A stretch of 64,000 bases of DNA from assembly GCA_963782055.1 (NCBI GenBank), contig CAWAIF010000003.1:576001-640000 (forward strand), read 5' to 3'. Origin of the DNA: an uncultured delta proteobacterium (GTDB taxonomy: Bacteria; Myxococcota_A; Polyangia; Polyangiales; Polyangiaceae). Position 1 is the first letter of the stretch. Each line of letters opens with the position of its first letter. A program made the position numbers and the translations under genes. Positions 29,737 through 38,948 of this stretch are shown piece by piece. Below the pieces are notes generated by a model, which was given only the letters and a program-made list of their open reading frames with translations, was not told the origin of the DNA and did no database searches.

Positions 29737-31635
29737 TCACAGGTAGGGCTCCCCGGGCTTGACGAGCCCCATGACGATGAAGTCTTGCAGATAGGAGGGC
29801 AAGTAGCCCGTCGCGCGGTGGTCGCCGATGACCTTCCCGCCAGTGCCGGTGCCGGTGCGGACGAACTCGAAGATGGGGCGCATCTCGATGCCGCCGTTCT
29901 CGTCGATGCCGGTGATCTCGGTGATGGCGGTGACCTTGCGGCTGCCGTCGGAGAGGCGGCTCTGCTGGACGATGAGGTGCACGCTGCCCGCGATCTGGTC
30001 GCGGATGGCGCGCACCGGGAGATCCACGCCGGCCATGAGCACCAGCGTCTCCAGGCGGGAGATGGCCTCGTCCGGCGAGTTGGCGTGGGTGGTGGTCAGC
30101 GAGCCGTCGTGGCCGGTGTTCATGGCCTGGAGCATGTCCAGCGCCTCGCCGCCGCGGCACTCGCCGACGACGATGCGGTCCGGGCGCATGCGCAGGGCGT
30201 TCTTGACCAGATCGCGGATGGTGTACTCGCCGCGGCCCTCCAGGTTGGCAGGACGGGTCTCCAGCGAGACGACGTGCGGCTGCTTGAGCTGGAGCTCCGC
30301 GGCGTCCTCGATGGTCACGATGCGCTCGTCCGACGGGATGGCGCCGGAGAGGCAGTTGAGGAGGGTGGTCTTGCCGGAGCCGGTGCCGCCGGAGATGACG
30401 ATGTTGCGCTTGGCGAGCACCGAGCGGACGAGGAAGCGCGACATCCTGTCCGTCATGGCGCCGTAGTTCATCAGCTTCTCGAGCGTCAGCGGGGTGCGCG
30501 AGAACTTGCGGATGGTGATGCACGAGCCGCGCAGGGCGATGGGCCGGATGACCGCGTTCACGCGGGAGCCGTCCTTGAGGCGCGCGTCGACGAGGGGCGA
30601 GCTCTCGTCGATGCGGCGGCCGAGCGGGGTGACGATGCGCTCGATGACCGCGCGCACGCGCTCGTCGTCGGTGAACTTCACCTCGGAGAGCAGGAGCTTG
30701 CCGCCGCGCTCGTAGTAGATGGTCTCCGGATCGACGACCATGATCTCGCTGATGCTCGGGTCGGCGAGGAAGTGCTCGAGCGGGCCGAGGCCGAGCGCCT
30801 CGTCGGCGAGCTCGCCGATGAGCTTGTCGCGGTCCTGCGTGGCCGGGACGCGGCCGACGCCGTCGAGCTGGCCCACGATGCGGCGGAGGGCGCCGAGCAC
30901 CTTCGGGCGCATCGAGGGCTCCTCGAGCTTCTTGGCGTCGATGGTCGCCAGGTCGAGGTGCTCGAGGAGCATCTTGTGGATCTCGCGGCGGAGCTTGACG
31001 TCAGCGTCGCGCGCCTTGGCGGCGACGTCGCGGGCGCGCGCCTTGGCGACGACGTCTCCCTTGGCGTGGCCGTTGAGCCCGGGGGCCGGCCTCGCCGGGA
31101 CGGCGCCCGTCATCGCCGGGACGCCCCCGCTCATGCCGGGCAGCGGCCCGGTCTGCGGGGCCATGGGCACGCCGGCGCCGTTCATCGCCGGCAAGGGCTG
31201 GGACGCACCGGCGTGCGGGAGCTGGGGCGCCGACCCCTGCGGCAGCCCGCGCACGGTGGGCTTGGCGGGAGGCGGGGCGGTGGCGCCGGGGGGCGGCCCG
31301 TACGCACCGGAGCGCGCGGGACCCGGGGCGGAGGCCTGGTCCGCGGGGACCAGGTAGATGGTGAAGTTGCCGACGACGATGGGCGTCCCGAAGGGGACGT
31401 CGACCGACTCGCGACGGAGCAGGCGGTCGCCTGCGAGCGTGCCGTTGGTGGAGAGATCCTCGACGCGGAGCCCGCCGGCGCCTACCTCGACGACCGCGTG
31501 CTGGCGGGAGACCAAATCGCTGTCCAGGCGGAGAACGCAGTTCGGGTGTCGACCGATGGAGATGGGTCCATTCGGCTGGAATATCTCGCTGCGCTCCTGA
31601 CCATCGTCAGTATGAACGACGACCTGAACATTCAC
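29737..31635 (-). CDS. cpaF: FHA-domain-fused CpaF/TadA ATPase (KilF-like architecture)
   Basis: Canonical FHA (IGR, SRQH, STNGT), Pro-rich linker, then [43 protein letters not shown]. Confidence 0.95.
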   Translation of the reverse strand: MNVQVVVHTDDGQERSEIFQPNGPISIGRHPNCVLRLDSDLVSRQHAVVEVGAGGLRVEDLSTNGTLAGDRLLRRESVDVPFGTPIVVGNFTIYLVPADQASAPGPARSGAYGPPPGATAPPPAKPTVRGLPQGSAPQLPHAGASQPLPAMNGAGVPMAPQTGPLPGMSGGVPAMTGAVPARPAPGLNGHAKGDVVAKARARDVAAKARDADVKLRREIHKMLLEHLDLATIDAKKLEEPSMRPKVLGALRRIVGQLDGVGRVPATQDRDKLIGELADEALGLGPLEHFLADPSISEIMVVDPETIYYERGGKLLLSEVKFTDDERVRAVIERIVTPLGRRIDESSPLVDARLKDGSRVNAVIRPIALRGSCITIRKFSRTPLTLEKLMNYGAMTDRMSRFLVRSVLAKRNIVISGGTGSGKTTLLNCLSGAIPSDERIVTIEDAAELQLKQPHVVSLETRPANLEGRGEYTIRDLVKNALRMRPDRIVVGECRGGEALDMLQAMNTGHDGSLTTTHANSPDEAISRLETLVLMAGVDLPVRAIRDQIAGSVHLIVQQSRLSDGSRKVTAITEITGIDENGGIEMRPIFEFVRTGTGTGGKVIGDHRATGYLPSYLQDFIVMGLVKPGEPYL

Positions 31636-31660
31636 ACTCTCACTTCTCCTTGCGTTGGGC

Positions 31661-32986
31661 CTACTGCTCCTTCTTCGCGGACGGAGGCGTGCGGTCGAAG
31701 GTGTTCACGCTGTCGATGTCGCCGGTGTAGTCGTTGAACTGGCTGAGGGCGCTCTTGACGAGGTCGAGCGCGGACTTGGGCACCGTCTCCACGACGCTCG
31801 GGATGATGAACATGGCGTTCTCGATCTGCTGCTGCTGATCGCCATGGCTCCCGAAAAGGATACCCAGCACCGGGATCTCGCTCAACAGCGGGAGGCCCTG
31901 GATGTTGTGCGTCTGGGTGGAGCTCTTGATGCCGGAGAGCACCAGCGCCTGGCCGAGCTTGAGGTCGACGAGGGACTCCAGGCGATTGACGTCGCGGCCG
32001 GGGAGGTCGCCGCCGTTGGGGGGCGTGAGGTCGCTCACGTCGGCCACCAGACGCACCTCGATCTCCTTGGTGGTGGAGTCGAAGCGGGGCAAGACCGTGA
32101 CGTTGGTGCCGAAGGTGATCTTCTGCACGCCGGACGTGGACTGGAAGGCGAACTGCTTGAAGTTCACCTCGCCGCCGGAGTTGAAGACCGCCTCCTGCCC
32201 GTTGGAGGTGATGATCGACGACTGCTTCATCACCTTGGCCCAGCCGTAGCGAGCCGCGATGTCCAGCTGCGGCAGCACCTGGTTGGTGATGAGGGCCTGC
32301 GCGGTGGTGAAGGCCGGGCCCTGCAGGAAGTCGTAGGTGATGTTGGTCGTCCCGATCTGCGCTCCGCCGATGGTGCCGGGGTAGTTGATGCCGAACTGGT
32401 AGTTGGAGTTCTTGTCGTACTGGACGAAGAAGAAGTCGATCCGGATGAGGACGCGGCGATCGCCCGCGCCGGAGCCGACCTGCACCAGGTTCTCGACCTG
32501 ACCCGGGTAGAGCGCGGCGATGAGGCCGATGCGCTTGAGCTCCTGGTCGGTGGTGACGCCGCCCTCCAGGAAGAAGCGCCCGCCCACGCGGCGGATGCGC
32601 ACGCCGGTGGTGCCTTCCAGGAGCTGCTGCAGCTCGCGGTAGACGACCTCGGGGGGGCGGGTGGAGACGTTGATGACCCAGGTGATCTGGGCGCCGTCGT
32701 TCTTGATCAGGAGCAGGGTGGTGCTTCCGGCCTTCTTGCCGACGATGACGAAGGCCGAACCGTCGGGCGCGACGCGGGCATCGACGATGCTCGGGTCCGC
32801 CACCGAGTAGTTTTTCACTTCCTTGGCGGAGATGGTCTTCGTCTCGCCGATGGAGAGGCCCAGCTCCTCGACGTGCTCCGAGCCGCCGGAGGCGCCGTGC
32901 TGCGCGAGCGCCGTTGCTGGCGTGAGGGCGAAGGCTCCCAGGACGACTGCAATTGCTGCTCGCTTCCAGGCCTTCGCCATCTTCAT
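31661..32986 (-). CDS. cpaC: CpaC/RcpA-type secretin
   Basis: Signal peptide, pilus-assembly N domain (VADPSI...GKKAGST), F.SGGE, FGT...LP, GLP.LS.IPVLG.LF. Confidence 0.92.
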   Translation of the reverse strand: MKMAKAWKRAAIAVVLGAFALTPATALAQHGASGGSEHVEELGLSIGETKTISAKEVKNYSVADPSIVDARVAPDGSAFVIVGKKAGSTTLLLIKNDGAQITWVINVSTRPPEVVYRELQQLLEGTTGVRIRRVGGRFFLEGGVTTDQELKRIGLIAALYPGQVENLVQVGSGAGDRRVLIRIDFFFVQYDKNSNYQFGINYPGTIGGAQIGTTNITYDFLQGPAFTTAQALITNQVLPQLDIAARYGWAKVMKQSSIITSNGQEAVFNSGGEVNFKQFAFQSTSGVQKITFGTNVTVLPRFDSTTKEIEVRLVADVSDLTPPNGGDLPGRDVNRLESLVDLKLGQALVLSGIKSSTQTHNIQGLPLLSEIPVLGILFGSHGDQQQQIENAMFIIPSVVETVPKSALDLVKSALSQFNDYTGDIDSVNTFDRTPPSAKKEQ

Positions 32987-33762
32987 CAGTGGTTCCCCGT
33001 GATCTGCTGCGGAATGTTGGGTCGGGTGATGATCTGCACCGGCCCGGCCTTGATCAGGTCTGCGGAGCTGTACTTGGGCACCTCGCCGGTGGAGTTGTCG
33101 TCCGGGCTGCGCAGGACGACGGAGACCGAGCCCCTCTCCATCGCCACCGACATCGCCTGCGCCTGCTCCAGGCGCATGCTGAGGGTGAGGATGCTCTCGG
33201 TGCCGCGGCGATCCTTGGTGAGGTCGATGGCGTCGGGGGAGGTGTTGTACCCCGACGCCAGCACCAGGACCTTCTGCAACAGCACGACGGCCGAGCGGCT
33301 GTCACCGCCGCCCTGGTCGGGCAGGACCGCGATGACGTCGACGAAGTCGCCGGGGCGGACCATCGCGGAGCTGGCGTCCTCACGGCTGGTGCGGATGGAG
33401 ACGGCGCGGCTGCCCGGCACGATGAGCGACGAGAGGTCCCGGCGCTCCTCGTTGGCGGTGGCGAGGTCCGTCCACATGAGGGTCTGGCCGGCCTGGACCG
33501 AGTTGCCCACCTTGAGGCCCAGGATCTTCGGCTTGTCGACCTCCTTGATGGCCCTGTCCTCCACGTACGCCTGCGGGACGTCGTGGGTCGTCAGCATGTC
33601 GTCGGTGATGGGCTTGTCGCGGTCGATCGGCTTGACCGCCGTGAGCAAGCGAACCTTGTCGCCGCCAGAGGCCTCTCGCTCGAAGCGCTTCGTGTAGAGT
33701 ACAAGTAACATGACGCCCAGCAGGGCAACCACGAAGGCGAGGAGCAGCGCGCGACGATCCAT
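32986..33762 (-). CDS. cpaB: Flp pilus assembly protein CpaB/RcpC
   Basis: N-terminal TM, SAF domain, G.RAVSI, VRPGDFVDVI, LLQKVLVLA, LRSP.D. Confidence 0.92.
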   Translation of the reverse strand: MDRRALLLAFVVALLGVMLLVLYTKRFEREASGGDKVRLLTAVKPIDRDKPITDDMLTTHDVPQAYVEDRAIKEVDKPKILGLKVGNSVQAGQTLMWTDLATANEERRDLSSLIVPGSRAVSIRTSREDASSAMVRPGDFVDVIAVLPDQGGGDSRSAVVLLQKVLVLASGYNTSPDAIDLTKDRRGTESILTLSMRLEQAQAMSVAMERGSVSVVLRSPDDNSTGEVPKYSSADLIKAGPVQIITRPNIPQQITGNH

Positions 33763-33797
33763 GCTGACCGAACACGCTACCCGGCTTCGGCGCGTTT

Positions 33798-33815
33798 GGA
33801 AATGGGCCCATTTCC
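33798..33815. promoter_or_regulatory. Perfect 18-bp palindrome upstream of cpaB (candidate operator)
   Basis: GGAAATGGGCCCATTTCC is self-complementary and lies in a 102-bp intergenic gap. Confidence 0.5.
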
Positions 33816-33864
33816 CGCTGGCTCGAGCGTTTGCTTCTGGCCCGCACGCGTCAGCGAGGAAGGC

Positions 33865-34536
33865 TCAGCGCAGCCGGGTCGGGCCGATCGCCACCGGGCC
33901 GTGGCGGCGCACGTAGATGACCTTCTTGTGCTGCACCTTGAAGGGCTGATCCACCATGTAGTACTCGTCGCGCGGCTGCACCACGACCGAGACCGTCGGG
34001 CTCTCCGGGCGCAGGTTCTTGGCGGACTTGTCCGAGGTATCGAGCAGAAACTCGAGCTGATCGCCGGGCTTGGCCTTCATCATGAAGGTCGCGGCGCCCG
34101 CCGAGTCGGTGCGGGCGATCTCGTTGCCCAGGTACTTGATGGGCAGGTCATAGCCGTGGTCGGAGCGCACGGCGACGACCACCTTGCGCTCGGTGGGGGG
34201 GCAGGCCGCCTCGTACTGGGTGATCTTGCCGTCGGCGAAGCGGTGGAGCTTCACGGTGATGGGGCGGACCGGGGACAGGTAGCCGTCCGGGCACTTCACC
34301 CACACCTCCAGCTGGTCGCCCTCCGAGCCGTGGAAGGTGAGGATCGCCTTGCCCGTCTCGTCCGTCTTGCCCAGCTCCTTCGAGCTGCGCTGGATGGAGG
34401 CGTTGGCGAGCGGGACGTTCTCGTCGGAGTCCACGCGGACGGCCACCTTGAAAGGTGGCGGCGGCGGGTCCTCCAGCTGCTTGCAGGCCATCGTTCCCCC
34501 GAGGAGGGGCAGGAGCACGAGCAAGAGTCTCCGCAT
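33865..34536 (-). CDS. Uncharacterised lipoprotein with two beta-rich repeats
   Basis: Lipobox TMAC; repeated G.TDETG.A and ARTDSAGAA motifs. Confidence 0.75.
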   Translation of the reverse strand: MRRLLLVLLPLLGGTMACKQLEDPPPPPFKVAVRVDSDENVPLANASIQRSSKELGKTDETGKAILTFHGSEGDQLEVWVKCPDGYLSPVRPITVKLHRFADGKITQYEAACPPTERKVVVAVRSDHGYDLPIKYLGNEIARTDSAGAATFMMKAKPGDQLEFLLDTSDKSAKNLRPESPTVSVVVQPRDEYYMVDQPFKVQHKKVIYVRRHGPVAIGPTRLR

Positions 34537-34603
34537 GGTGAGAGTCTACGCGTCCCGGCCATGCCGTCAAAGGGGCGACGAGGCGGTGGCGTTGGGGGGA
34601 GGG

Positions 34604-37017
34604 CTAGGCCCGCAGGGTCGCGCCGAAGGTCTTCGAGACCGCCTCCACGACCTGGGCGTGGCGGGCGTCCACCTCGGCGTCGGTGAGGGTGCGGTCTTCC
34701 GCCCGGTAGAGGACCCGCAGCGCGAGGCTGACGCTGCCGGCGGGGATACCCTGCCCGGTGAAGCGGTCGAAGAGGTGGACGTGGGCGGCGAGGTCGCCGG
34801 CGGCCTTCTCCGCCTCGGCCACGACATCCCCGGCGGGGACGTCCTCCCGCACCACCACGGCCAGATCCCGGCTGCTCGAGGGGTAGCGGGGGAGGGGAAC
34901 GTAGCGTGGGACGGGCGCAGCGTGGGCGGCCAGGGCGGCCAGGTCCAGCTCGATGACGAGCACGCGGTCGAGGTCCCAGGCGTCGGCGACGTCCGGGTGG
35001 AGGGGGCCGAGCACGCCGAAGCGGGTGCCCTGCACCTCGATGGCGCCAGCTCCCCGGGGGTGCAGGTGCCCGGGCCGGGCGTCCGGGGCGATCGTTGCCA
35101 TGCTCGCGGTGGCGTAGCCGAGGCGGCGGAGCAGGCCCTCCGCGACACCCTTGGCATCCCAGACGTCCAGGGCCTCCGGGCGGCGGAGGTACGCGGGGCG
35201 CTCCCCGACCAGCAGCGCCGCGAAGCGATGCGTCTCGGTGGGGAGCGTCTCGCCCCCGCGGGGGGGAGGAAGACCGTGCCGACGGTGAACAGCGCGACGC
35301 CGGGCTCGCCGCGGTTCTTGGCCAGGCGCGCGACGTCGAGCAGGCCCGGCAGCACGCTGGTGCGCATCACGCCCTGCTGCGACGACAGTGGGTTGCGCAG
35401 GACGACCGCCGGGGGCGGCGCGCCCACCGCGGCGAGCGCCTCGGGGGAGCTGAAGGCGTAGGGGATCGCCTCCGACAGACCGAGCTCCACCGCCGCGGCG
35501 CGCACGCGTCGCACCAGCTCCTCGCGGCCACCGACGGGCAGCGTCGGGCGGATGGCGGGCAGGACGGTGGGCACCGAGTCCATGCCGCGCACCCGCACCA
35601 CCTCCTCGGCGAGATCGGCCTCGCGCGCGACGTCCGGGCGATGGGTGGGGACGAGGAACGTGGCTGCCTCCTCCGACCCGCTCTTCTTCTGGAAGCCGAG
35701 GCGCTCCAGGAGGGCTGTCGCGTCCGCCATGGGCACGTGCACGCCGAGCAGCGCATCCATCCGCCGCGCGCGAAGGGTCACCGACGGCTGCGGCAGTCGC
35801 CTGGCCTCCGCGAGCAGCGGCTCCGGCGCCGCGGCGCCGCCGCCCAGCCGGCACGTCATGGCCGTCGCCTGGCGCAGGGCGTCGCGCGTGTCGCCGTGGT
35901 CGACGCCGCGCTCGAAGCGGTGGCTGGACTCGGAGTGCAGGCCGTGGCGGCGCGCAGTCCGCCGCACGGTGCGCGGGTCGAAGTACGCGCACTCGAGCAG
36001 GATGTGCTTCGTCGACGGCCCGATCTCGGTGGAGGCGCCGCCCATGACACCCGCGAGGGCGACCGGGCCGCTGGCGTCGGCGATGACCAGATCGTCGGCG
36101 GTGAGGGTGCGCGTCTCGCCGTCGAGGGTGACGAGCTTCTCCCCCTCCGTCGCCAGCCGGACGATGATGGTGCCGCCGGCGATCTTGTCGGCGTCGAAGG
36201 CGTGCATCGGGTGGCCGTACTCGAGCATCACCATGTTGGTGACGTCGACGACGTTGGAGATGGGGCGGACGCCCAGCGCCGCGAGGCGGTAGCGGACCTC
36301 CAGCGGGGAGGGGGCGATGGTGGCGCCCTCCACGATGCCCGCGGCGTAGTGGGGGCAGCGGTCCGGCGTGTCGATCCGGACCTTCACGCGCTGGCCCACG
36401 GGGGCGCCGCCCTCGCGCGCGGAGGACTCCGGCGCGGGCGTCTTCCACGGGATCTCGAGCAGGGCGGCGGCCTCCCGCGCGAGCCCCAGGTGGCCGAGGC
36501 CGTCGGGCCGGTTGGGGGTGAGGCCGATGTCGAAGACGGTGTCCTGCGCGGCGGGGACCGCGTCCACGAAGCGTGCGCCCGGCTCGGCGAAGGCGGGGGG
36601 CAGCACCAGGATGCCGCCTGATTCCTCGGTGAGCCCGAGCTCCGCCTCGCTGCAGAGCATGCCCTCGCTCGCGACGCCCGCGATGGTGCGCCGCTCGATG
36701 GTCATGCCCTTCGCCGGCAGGTGGGTGCCGAGGGGGGCGAGCACCACCACGCCGCCGGCCTCCGGGACGTTGGGCGCGCCGCACACCACTTCCTGGGTGG
36801 CCCCGCCGCGGTCCACCGTCACCAGACGCAGGCCGCTCTTTTGCGGGTGCGGGCGGACGGACACGACCCACGCGCACACGCACGTCTCGATGCCCGCGCC
36901 GTAGGTGTGGATGCCCTCCACCTCCAGGCCCGCCGCGGTGAAGCGCGCGGCGAGCTTCTTCGGGTCGTCAGGGAGCCCGGGGACCAGGCTCTTGAGCCAG
37001 CCGTAGGACGCTTTCAT
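34604..37017 (-). CDS. pheT: Phenylalanine--tRNA ligase beta subunit, split by a 1-nt frameshift near 35253-35266
   Basis: N-part in ORF 34567..37017 (VVCGAPN, TPNRPD, RFERGVD); C-terminal FDX-ACB part in frame 34604 (LHPRG, G.LHP, RYP...RDLA, LFD.F, RTLTD.E). Confidence 0.95.
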
Positions 37018-37041
37018 CGATCGGACCGTTTCATTCGCATC

Positions 37042-38097
37042 TCAGAACTGCGCGAGGAAGCGGGGGTCGTTCTCGAAGAAGAGGCGGATGTCGGGGATGT
37101 CGTGGCGAAGCATCGCCACGCGCTCGATGCCCATGCCCAGCGCGAAGCCGGTGTACTTCTCCGGGTCGATGCCGCAGTGCTCGAAGACGACGGGGTGGAT
37201 CATCCCGCAGCCGAGGATCTCAATCCATCCTGTGTGCTTGCAGACGTTGCAGCCGCGGCGGGTGCCGTCGGGTTGCTTGCAGAATACACACCCGATGTCC
37301 ACCTCCGCCCCCGGCTCGACGAAGGGGAAGTAGCTCGGACGCAGGCGCACCGGCGTGCCGCGGCCGTAGAAGCGCTCGGCGAAGGCGGCGAGGACGCCCT
37401 TGAGGTGGGCGAGGCTCACCCCCTCGTCCACCATGAAGGCCTCCAGCTGGTGGAACATGGGGGAGTGGGTGATGTCGTCGTCGCACCGGTAGACGGTGCC
37501 CGGCGCGATGAAGGCCATCGGCGGCTTCACCGTGGACATGGCGCGGACCTGGATGTTGCTCGTGTGCGTGCGCAGCACCTGGCCGGAGGTGGTCCAGAAG
37601 CTGTCCTGCATGTCCGTCGCCGGGTGGTCCGGCGGGAAGCCGAGCTTGGTGAAGTTGTTCTCCTCGAGGTCGATCTCCGGGCCGTCGAAGACCGCGAAGC
37701 CCATGGTCCCGAAGATGTGGACGAGCTCCTCCCGCACCGCGGAGAGGGGGTGCTTGTGGCCGAGGGGTGCGCGCTCGCGACCCGGGAGGGTGAGGTCGAA
37801 GGCCGGCGCGTTGAGATCGGCGTCGCGCTTCTTGCGGGCGATGGCCTGCAGGCGGGTCTCGAAGCTCTTCTCCACCTCCGCCTTGAGGCCGTTGACGCGC
37901 TCGCCGATGGCCTTGCGCTGGTCGGCCGGGACGCGGCCCATCAGCTTGAGGATGCCGGTCAGCTCCCCCTTCTTGCCGAGGATCTTGGCGTTCTCGTCGC
38001 GCAGCGCCTGCTCCGTCTCCGCCGCCTCGAACCGCGGGCCGTACGCCTTCGCGAGGGCTTCGAGGGAGGCGAGGATGTCGGCGTGGGCGTCGGCCAT
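37042..38097 (-). CDS. pheS: Phenylalanine--tRNA ligase alpha subunit
   Basis: HPA.DMQD.F, LRTHTS, HSPMFHQLE, SYFPFVEP, GMGIER. Confidence 0.98.
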   Translation of the reverse strand: MADAHADILASLEALAKAYGPRFEAAETEQALRDENAKILGKKGELTGILKLMGRVPADQRKAIGERVNGLKAEVEKSFETRLQAIARKKRDADLNAPAFDLTLPGRERAPLGHKHPLSAVREELVHIFGTMGFAVFDGPEIDLEENNFTKLGFPPDHPATDMQDSFWTTSGQVLRTHTSNIQVRAMSTVKPPMAFIAPGTVYRCDDDITHSPMFHQLEAFMVDEGVSLAHLKGVLAAFAERFYGRGTPVRLRPSYFPFVEPGAEVDIGCVFCKQPDGTRRGCNVCKHTGWIEILGCGMIHPVVFEHCGIDPEKYTGFALGMGIERVAMLRHDIPDIRLFFENDPRFLAQF

Positions 38098-38180
38098 GGG
38101 GGCACTCGACATAGCACGGACGGGCGAGCCGCCTCAGCCCGGACCTGCCGCGCCTCGGTCGCCGCGGAGGAGTGGTGGTG

Positions 38181-38531
38181 CTACTTCGCGCCGGCCGTCT
38201 TGACGACCTTGGCGAACGCGGGGGCGTCGACGATGGCGATGTCGCTCAGGACCTTGCGATCCAGGGCGATGTTCGCCTTCTTCAGCCCGTGCATCAGGCG
38301 GGAGTAGCTGGTGCCGTTCTGCCGGGCGGCCGCGTTGATGCGGGCGATCCAGAGGCGGCGAAAGTCGCGCTTGCGGCGCTTGCGGTGGGCGTAGGAGTAG
38401 ACCCACGCCTTCATCACCACCTCCTTCGCGTAGGCGAAGAGGCGGGAGCGGGCGCTGTGGTAGCCCGAGGCGTGTTCGAGGATACGGTTGCGACGGCGGC
38501 GGGCTTTGAAGCCCCTCTTGGCGCGCGGCAT
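38181..38531 (-). CDS. rplT: 50S ribosomal protein L20
   Basis: [25 protein letters not shown]. Confidence 0.98.
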   Translation of the reverse strand: MPRAKRGFKARRRRNRILEHASGYHSARSRLFAYAKEVVMKAWVYSYAHRKRRKRDFRRLWIARINAAARQNGTSYSRLMHGLKKANIALDRKVLSDIAIVDAPAFAKVVKTAGAK

Positions 38532-38558
38532 GGCTTTCTGGCTCCCTGGACGAAGACG

Positions 38559-38756
38559 TCAGCTGTAGGGGATGAGACGCTTGACCTTCCGCTCGAGCGT
38601 CGAATCCAGCATGTCGTTCTGACGCAGGCGGCGAAGGCGCTTGCGCGACTTCTCCTGCATCATGTGGTTGCCGCCCGCCTTCGGACGACGAACGCGGCCG
38701 GTCCCGGAAACCCGGAAGCGCTTGGCCGCGCTCTTGTTGGTCTTCATCTTCGGCAT
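38559..38756 (-). CDS. rpmI: 50S ribosomal protein L35
   Basis: MPKMKTNKSAAKRFRVSGTG; 65 aa; directly upstream of rplT. Confidence 0.97.
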   Translation of the reverse strand: MPKMKTNKSAAKRFRVSGTGRVRRPKAGGNHMMQEKSRKRLRRLRQNDMLDSTLERKVKRLIPYS

Positions 38757-38834
38757 GGTGAGCCTCGTTCTCGCTCCGGAAAGGCCGCGGAAACCGCGGT
38801 TTTGGGGGACGCCCTTCCAGACGCGGGGAGCGGG

Positions 38835-38863
38835 TTTATGGTCGATGGGCCCCGGATTGTCAA
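38835..38863 (-). promoter_or_regulatory. Putative sigma70 promoter of rpmI-rplT
   Basis: TTGACA (38863-38858), 17-nt spacer, CATAAA (38840-38835). Confidence 0.55.
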
Positions 38864-38948
38864 GCGCCGGGGGCTCCCGGCGGGCGGGCCGCTCCGGTGC
38901 CGGGCTGCCATTTGACGCGAGCGGGCTGGCCCGGGTACCACGGGAGAC

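Noticed and set aside
34567..37017. pheT as a genuine pseudogene
   Set aside because: It is an essential gene with a single lesion at a homopolymer, and both parts are otherwise intact. An artefact is more plausible.
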